32,000 nucleotides of DNA from an uncultured Erysipelotrichaceae bacterium (GTDB taxonomy: Bacteria; Bacillota_I; Bacilli_A; Erysipelotrichales; Erysipelotrichaceae), in contig CAYWGS010000002.1 in assembly GCA_964457525.1 (NCBI GenBank), positions 1-32,000 on the forward strand. Reading direction: 5' to 3'. A program made the position numbers and the translations under genes. The notes under the pieces were generated by a model. The model had not been told where the DNA came from and ran no database searches. It worked only from the letters and a program-made list of their open reading frames with translations. Positions 26,709 to 32,000 of this stretch are shown here, one piece after another. The number at the start of each line of letters is the position of its first letter. Position 1 is the stretch's first letter.

Positions 26709-27341
26709 TTATAGCATATTCATTTTGATAATACTACCAATTTTAGTGGTCAATAGGTCAACCGCTACTTCATTCTTACCACCTTCAGGTACGATGACAT
26801 CAGCATAGCGTTTTGAAGGTTCAATAAACTGATCATGCATGACACGAACGGTGTTCATGTATTGTGATATAACATTATCTAAACTACGACCACGATCTCT
26901 TACATCACGATTTAAACGACGAATGAATCGAACATCCGCAGGTGTATCTACGAATACTTTTATATCTAAGTGTTTACGAATAAATTCATCTTCTAAAACA
27001 AATAAACCTTCTACCACAATAACATCGTGTGGTTCAACAACTTCTATTTCATCAGAGCGTGTATACTCAATGAAATCATAAGTAGGACGATTGATCGGCT
27101 TCCCTTCTCTTAAATCACTTAAGTGTTGAGCTAGCAAATCATTATCAAAGGCAAACGGATGATCATAATTAACCTTTAATCGCTCCTCCATTGTCATATC
27201 ACGTTGATCATTGTAATAATCATCTTGACGGATAATGATAACTGAATTCGATTCTTCAAACTCACGCTTTAAGCGCTTCGCAAGAGAAGTCTTACCTGAA
27301 GCACTTCCTCCTGCAATTCCTATAATAATACGTTTACTCAT
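26709..27341 (-). CDS. udk: uridine kinase
   Basis: 210 aa with the P-loop GIAGGSASGKT and the conserved QDDYY and VEGL motifs. Confidence 0.93.
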   Translation of the reverse strand: MSKRIIIGIAGGSASGKTSLAKRLKREFEESNSVIIIRQDDYYNDQRDMTMEERLKVNYDHPFAFDNDLLAQHLSDLREGKPINRPTYDFIEYTRSDEIEVVEPHDVIVVEGLFVLEDEFIRKHLDIKVFVDTPADVRFIRRLNRDVRDRGRSLDNVISQYMNTVRVMHDQFIEPSKRYADVIVPEGGKNEVAVDLLTTKIGSIIKMNML

Positions 27342-27347
27342 AAAACC

Positions 27348-28445
27348 TCACTTTAGATATTTTTTAATATTTGCTTGATGTTCCGCATATGTCTTTGCAT
27401 AATATACAGTCCCATCACCATAGACATCCGCTAAAAAGAATAGATAATCATTATCTTTAGGCTGAATGGTTGAAAGAATCGCTAATTTAGATGGATTTGT
27501 AATCGGTCCAATCGGTAATCCACTGTATAAATACGTATTGTATCTTGAGTCCAAGGTTTGATTATCGTAATTCTCACAATCTTTCCATGAATCATATTCA
27601 TACAAGGCATAACATACGGTAACACTAGATTGTAATCTCATTCCAATATCCATACGATTTAAGAAGACCTGAGAAATCATTCGCATATCTTCTTCTTTGC
27701 CTGCTTCAAATTGAACGACAGAAGCTAAGGTAATCACATCATGAATACTCATTCCAAATGAATCAAATAATGCTTTATTATCATCATAGACTTTTTGTGT
27801 TTGATTTAAAATACGTCGTGTTAATGAATCAGCCGATGCGAGTGGGTTCATAAAATAAGTTTCTGGCATCAAATAACCTTCAAGTAACACACGTACTTGA
27901 TTCTTATTTTCGAATATTTCTTCAGTTAATACAGAATACTCATCCATAAGTGAACGAATGTATTCTTCACTGTTCCATAATTCTAAGAGTTCTTCTGCAC
28001 TGACATTTTCAACTTTACTTGCAAGGTTTTCAGCAATCTGTTTCGCCCAATCCCCTGGAATAATGGTCACAACAACATCAGTAGGATGTGCTTGTGTCGC
28101 ATCATTTAAGTACGTAAGAATTTCCTTAACATCAAAACCATAATCGACATAGAATGTTCCTACTTTAAAATCAGTTAGTTTAATAATCTTTGCGTAGGTT
28201 TCAAAAATAAATTGATTCTTAATTAATCCTTTTTCAACGAGTTGATCTGAAACAACCGACAGTGTATCACCTTTAGAGATGATTACACCTGTCTTTTCAC
28301 CTTCAGGCCCAACTGCTGTTAAATTTGAATGTACAAAGATAAATGAGAATACTAGTACAACGATAAAAAACAAGGTTAGGAATAAACCTAAACTTGTTCG
28401 TTTAATTTTTTTCATTTTCTTCTTGGTTGAGGACATAATCTTCAA
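27348..28445 (-). CDS. mltG: endolytic peptidoglycan transglycosylase MltG (YceG-like)
   Basis: 365 aa as listed. It has an N-terminal TM anchor and a YceG domain ending in the conserved NTYLYSGLPIGPI and YLFF motifs. The true start is uncertain: Met1, Met4 or Met11 give starts at 28445, 28436 or 28415. Confidence 0.85.
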   Translation of the reverse strand: MKIMSSTKKKMKKIKRTSLGLFLTLFFIVVLVFSFIFVHSNLTAVGPEGEKTGVIISKGDTLSVVSDQLVEKGLIKNQFIFETYAKIIKLTDFKVGTFYVDYGFDVKEILTYLNDATQAHPTDVVVTIIPGDWAKQIAENLASKVENVSAEELLELWNSEEYIRSLMDEYSVLTEEIFENKNQVRVLLEGYLMPETYFMNPLASADSLTRRILNQTQKVYDDNKALFDSFGMSIHDVITLASVVQFEAGKEEDMRMISQVFLNRMDIGMRLQSSVTVCYALYEYDSWKDCENYDNQTLDSRYNTYLYSGLPIGPITNPSKLAILSTIQPKDNDYLFFLADVYGDGTVYYAKTYAEHQANIKKYLK

Positions 28446-28662
28446 AAACTGTTTCCAGCTTCTTCCATTCTTCAGGATCTTCTACAGGACTTAAATTACC
28501 CTCTGCATCGTAGCTTGATACAAAGACTTCTCCATCTTCTTCATCTGGATTGAGATAGAATACATAATTCTTACCTGTATCTTCATCTTCATATGTAAAC
28601 ACGATTTCCATATTAATTTCATTACCCATCTCATCGATGACAATAATGCTATTTTCTTCCAT
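28402..28662 (-). CDS. DUF1292 (YrzB-like) protein
   Basis: 86 aa, acidic, with an EMGNE...YVFY...EDGEVFV...L..VEDPEEW pattern typical of DUF1292. Its position between ruvX and mltG matches B. subtilis yrzB. Confidence 0.8.
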   Translation of the reverse strand: MEENSIIVIDEMGNEINMEIVFTYEDEDTGKNYVFYLNPDEEDGEVFVSSYDAEGNLSPVEDPEEWKKLETVFEDYVLNQEENEKN

Positions 28663-29092
28663 TGACTTGCTCCTTCTGTCTTTGCTGGTCTAAATATTCC
28701 TGTAACATGGTGACTGCCGCAACTTGATCCACCACTTTCTTTCGCTTTTCATTACGCATATTACTTTGCATAAGCGATTTATGTGCTGAGACCGTAGTTA
28801 AACGTTCATCCCATAATATGACAGGAACGGATGTAAATTTTTCTATTTCTTCTTTAAAGAATTCGGACCGACGACCACCATCTCCAATAGAGCCATTCAT
28901 ATGCTTTGGATAGCCTAGGATAATCGCATTCACTGGATATTCTTTAAGTAATGCTTCAATTTGATCTAAAGCGTGATCATAGTCTTCACTCTCAAATCGA
29001 AGTGTAATCAATGGACTTGCAAGAAAACCACTTAGGTCACTAATCGCAACTCCTACTGTTTTAGTCCCTACATCTAACGCAATACTTCTCAT
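28649..29092 (-). CDS. ruvX: Holliday junction resolvase-like / pre-16S rRNA nuclease RuvX (YqgF)
   Basis: 147 aa with the N-terminal ALDVGTKTVGVAISD motif and the DERLTT motif of the YqgF family. Confidence 0.9.
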   Translation of the reverse strand: MRSIALDVGTKTVGVAISDLSGFLASPLITLRFESEDYDHALDQIEALLKEYPVNAIILGYPKHMNGSIGDGGRRSEFFKEEIEKFTSVPVILWDERLTTVSAHKSLMQSNMRNEKRKKVVDQVAAVTMLQEYLDQQRQKEQVNGRK

Positions 29093-29349
29093 TTTTCATC
29101 TTCCAAATACGCACGCACAAGTTCTTCAATAATCTCATAACGTTCTACTGTTTGAATAATGGAGCGTGCATTTTGATGCGAAGAAATATAAGCAGGATCG
29201 TTGGATATGAGATAACCAGATAATTGGTTTACCGCATTGTATCCTCGATCTTCAAGTGCAGATTTCACTTGTTTTAAGATCTGCTTAATATTATCACGTC
29301 GAATTTGATCTGATTTAAATGCTACGGTTTCCGTATGGTTCTGATTCAT
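29089..29349 (-). CDS. ireB: IreB family regulatory phosphoprotein (UPF0297 / YrzL)
   Basis: I place the start at MNQNHTETVAF (29349), preceded by AAAGGAGGATTTTGGTATG. It has the conserved YNAVNQLSGYLISNDPAYISSHQNAR core. It lies directly downstream of alaS, as in Bacillota. Confidence 0.8.
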   Translation of the reverse strand: MNQNHTETVAFKSDQIRRDNIKQILKQVKSALEDRGYNAVNQLSGYLISNDPAYISSHQNARSIIQTVERYEIIEELVRAYLEDEK

Positions 29350-29404
29350 ACCAAAATCCTCCTTTTTATTCATTTTAACCCAAACTCAAAGCTTATAAAA
29401 GCAT

Positions 29405-32000
29405 TTAGGTAAGTTTTTTACGGATTAGTTCAATTGCGTCGTTTAATTTGGACACATCTTTACCACCCGCTTGAGCGAAATCAGGTCGTCCTCCCCCATT
29501 TCCTTGAGTAAGAACAGCCGCTTCTTTGACTAAATCCCCTGCTTTAAATCCTGCTTTAATCACACTTGGTCCACAATAAGCCACAAACAATGCTTTTGAT
29601 TGATCACTGGATGCGAAGAAAATTAAGCTTTCTGGCATTTCTTTCTTCAATCCTTCAATCAATAATCTTAAGTGATCCGCATTTTGATCAATGCGTTTAA
29701 CTAAGACTTGAATACCTTTGTGATCGACAAACTCAGTCTTTAACAACTTCGCTTCCATATTCGCTACTTTTTGTTTCGCTTGACCAAGTTGTTGCTTGGT
29801 TTCACTGAGTTCTTCTAAACTTAAGTTTACACGGTCTTCAATCTTATGGAATGAATTTGCTTTATAGAGTGATGCGATTGATTCTAATTGGTTCTGATAC
29901 CCTAAGAAATCATGATAAGCCGATAACCCTGTTTTAGCTGTAATACGACGAATACCGGATCCAATACTTTCTTCAGACACAATCTTAAATAAGCCCATTT
30001 CTTGAGTATTGCGAACATGACATCCACCACAGAGTTCTTTACTAAAGTCACCCATCGTCACAACTCTTACAACAGAATCATATTTTTCACTGAATAGAGC
30101 CATAGCACCACTTGCTTTAGCTTCTTCAATTGGCATGTACTCAAATGTAACTGCTTGTTTCGCAAAAATATTTTGATTAACAAGTTGTTCGATTGCTTTA
30201 ATTTGTGCATCACTCACTTTTTCAAAATGGGTAAAGTCGAAACGCATGTATTCATCGGATACATAGGAACCAGCTTGTTGGATATGATTGCCTACAATCT
30301 TCTTTAGTGCACTTTGGAGTAAGTGAGCCGATGAGTGATTGGTTGTGATTTGTTGGCGACGTGCTGTATCAATCTTCGCAAATACTTTATCATTTAACTT
30401 TAACTCACCAAAGTTTAGTTTAATCGTATGTAAATTTTGTTTACGTGGTGCTTTTTGTACGTCTAAGACATGTGCTTCACCTTGATCAAATAACAACACT
30501 CCTGTATCCGCTACTTGTCCACCACTTTCTGCATAGAAAGGAGTGGTTTCTAGGATGACTTGTCCTTCATCATCTAAACTATCTACAAATACACCATTCT
30601 TGAATAATGCGACGACTTTAGTCTCACACTCAAACGTATCATAACCAACGAAATTAGATTCTACCGTACAGTTCATCAAATCAATGGATTGAGCTTTCAT
30701 GGATTCTGTTTTATCCATCGCATTACGTGCTCTTTCACGTTGTTTATTCATTTCAGCTTTAAAGCCATCTAAATCAATGGTATACCCTTGTTCCTCTGCG
30801 ATTTCCTTCGTTAATTCAACAGGGAATCCAAAGGTGTCATAGAGTTTAAATACCGTTTCACCGACGAGTACTTTATCTTGTGCTTTGCTTAGTTCGATAT
30901 TTAAGAGATGTTCACCATCATTGAGAGTCTTATGGAAGCGTAATTCTTCTGCTTTTACTAACTTCTCAATGTATTCAACCTTATCATTAACATAGTTGTA
31001 GAATGGACTCATCATCTCTGCCACAACCTTCACTAATCGATACATAAACGCATCTTCAATGCCTAATTTAATACCAAATCGTACAGCACGACGTAAGATA
31101 CGGCGTAAGACATAACCTCTACCCTCATTGGAGAATAAAGCTCCATCCGCTAAAGCGAAGGTTACAGTACGAATATGGTCTGCGATAACACGGTATGCCA
31201 TACGATTATTTTTATCATATGGATTCTTCGCTTCTTTCTCAACCGCACGAATAACCGGTAAGAACAAGTCAGTATCAAAGTTGGTTTCACCATTTTGCAC
31301 GATTGAAACTAGACGTTCTAATCCCATTCCAGTATCAATATTCTTCTGAGGTAATTCTTTGTAGTCTTTACGATCAACACCTTCTTTACCATCGTATTGA
31401 CTGAATACAATGTTCCATACTTCTAAATAACGATCATTTTCACGCTCTTCAAAGAATAAAGGTTCCCCAATATTTTCTGGATCATATGCTAAACCACGAT
31501 CATAATAAATTTCACTGTTTGGACCACATGGGCCTTCACCAATTTGCCAGTAGTTTTCTTCCGATTTAAGAATACGTTTTGGATCTAATCCAATGACTTC
31601 CGTCCAAATACGGTATGCTTCATCATCCGTTGGATGAATGGTGACATACATCTTGTCTTTTTCCATACCAATGTATTCTTCTGAGGTTAAAAACTCCCAA
31701 GCGAATTGAAGTGCCTCTTCTTTAAAATAGTCTCCAATCGAGAAATTTCCTAACATTTCAAAGAAAGTATGGTGACGAGCTGTTTTACCTACATTTTCGA
31801 TATCATTGGTACGAATGGATTTTTGTGCATTCGTGATACGCTTGTTATCTGGTTTAACACTCCCATCAAAGTATTTCTTAAGTGCCGCAACTCCAGAGTT
31901 AATCCATAATAAGGTTGGATCATTCACTGGTACTAAAGATGCACCTGGTTCTACCATATGCCCTTTTGATTTAAAGTAATCTAAGAATAATTGTCTGACT
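29405..32000 (-). CDS. alaS: alanine--tRNA ligase (5' end outside the window)
   Basis: The ORF track starts at Met 31957, but the frame stays open to the window edge. There it encodes VRQLFLDYFKSKGH, which matches the conserved AlaS N-terminus. The gene is therefore N-terminally truncated by the window. Catalytic, editing (HSSAHLL, CGGCH) and C-Ala domains are present. Confidence 0.95.
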   Translation of the reverse strand, partial: VRQLFLDYFKSKGHMVEPGASLVPVNDPTLLWINSGVAALKKYFDGSVKPDNKRITNAQKSIRTNDIENVGKTARHHTFFEMLGNFSIGDYFKEEALQFAWEFLTSEEYIGMEKDKMYVTIHPTDDEAYRIWTEVIGLDPKRILKSEENYWQIGEGPCGPNSEIYYDRGLAYDPENIGEPLFFEERENDRYLEVWNIVFSQYDGKEGVDRKDYKELPQKNIDTGMGLERLVSIVQNGETNFDTDLFLPVIRAVEKEAKNPYDKNNRMAYRVIADHIRTVTFALADGALFSNEGRGYVLRRILRRAVRFGIKLGIEDAFMYRLVKVVAEMMSPFYNYVNDKVEYIEKLVKAEELRFHKTLNDGEHLLNIELSKAQDKVLVGETVFKLYDTFGFPVELTKEIAEEQGYTIDLDGFKAEMNKQRERARNAMDKTESMKAQSIDLMNCTVESNFVGYDTFECETKVVALFKNGVFVDSLDDEGQVILETTPFYAESGGQVADTGVLLFDQGEAHVLDVQKAPRKQNLHTIKLNFGELKLNDKVFAKIDTARRQQITTNHSSAHLLQSALKKIVGNHIQQAGSYVSDEYMRFDFTHFEKVSDAQIKAIEQLVNQNIFAKQAVTFEYMPIEEAKASGAMALFSEKYDSVVRVVTMGDFSKELCGGCHVRNTQEMGLFKIVSEESIGSGIRRITAKTGLSAYHDFLGYQNQLESIASLYKANSFHKIEDRVNLSLEELSETKQQLGQAKQKVANMEAKLLKTEFVDHKGIQVLVKRIDQNADHLRLLIEGLKKEMPESLIFFASSDQSKALFVAYCGPSVIKAGFKAGDLVKEAAVLTQGNGGGRPDFAQAGGKDVSKLNDAIELIRKKLT

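Noticed and set aside
1-32000. Alternative genetic code (TGA=Trp, Mollicutes-like) suggested by the low GC content
   Set aside because: TGA is used as a genuine stop for the flippase (722-724), comEA (25738-25740) and mltG (27348-27350). All conserved proteins are full length under the standard code.
1-32000. A hidden novel defence or mobile system, as hinted by the task
   Set aside because: Every ORF over 85 aa is either a recognisable housekeeping gene in conserved synteny or a small envelope or uncharacterised-family protein. There are no nucleases, ATPases, helicases, methyltransferases acting on DNA, reverse transcriptases, recombinases or flanking repeats. I saw no obvious compositional break.

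Overview
This window is a dense, co-directional housekeeping stretch of a low-GC Bacillota-type chromosome. It uses the standard genetic code, with TGA serving as a stop. I support 35 CDS, 34 on the minus strand; only rpsT is on the plus strand.

Gene content (listed by ascending coordinate; transcription runs right to left):
- rsuA-like pseudouridine synthase, MurJ/YtgP-like flippase, two small envelope proteins, and tyrS behind a T-box leader with a UAC specifier
- ccpA-like LacI regulator, YtxH-like and YtxG/DUF948-like proteins, murC
- a Pro/Glu/Lys-rich disordered protein, a lipoprotein, an M42 peptidase, trmB, pepV-like dipeptidase
- pnp, rpsO, a DUF4332-like and a DUF937-like protein
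- hemW, a small MazG-like protein, lepA, an ECF S-component-like protein, fmt
- rpsT (plus strand), single-chain L-serine dehydratase, holA, comEC, comEA
- greA, udk, mltG, DUF1292, ruvX, ireB, and alaS (its 5' end runs off the window)

The order looks like several Bacillus subtilis neighbourhoods packed together. I also call seven rho-independent terminators and several extended -10 promoter candidates.

I found no rRNA or tRNA genes, CRISPR array, IS or transposase, integrase, prophage gene, toxin-antitoxin pair or recognisable defence gene. I do not see a convincing previously undescribed multi-gene system here.

The least explained items, all modest, are:
- the disordered protein upstream of murC, which has a SepF-like N-terminal amphipathic helix and a C-terminal QISLF clamp-binding-like motif
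- the DUF937/DUF4332 pair with a roughly 80-nt structured leader
- a candidate leaderless holA that is translationally coupled to sdaA
- the tight lepA / MazG-like / hemW coupling
- an ECF S-component gene fused onto the end of fmt
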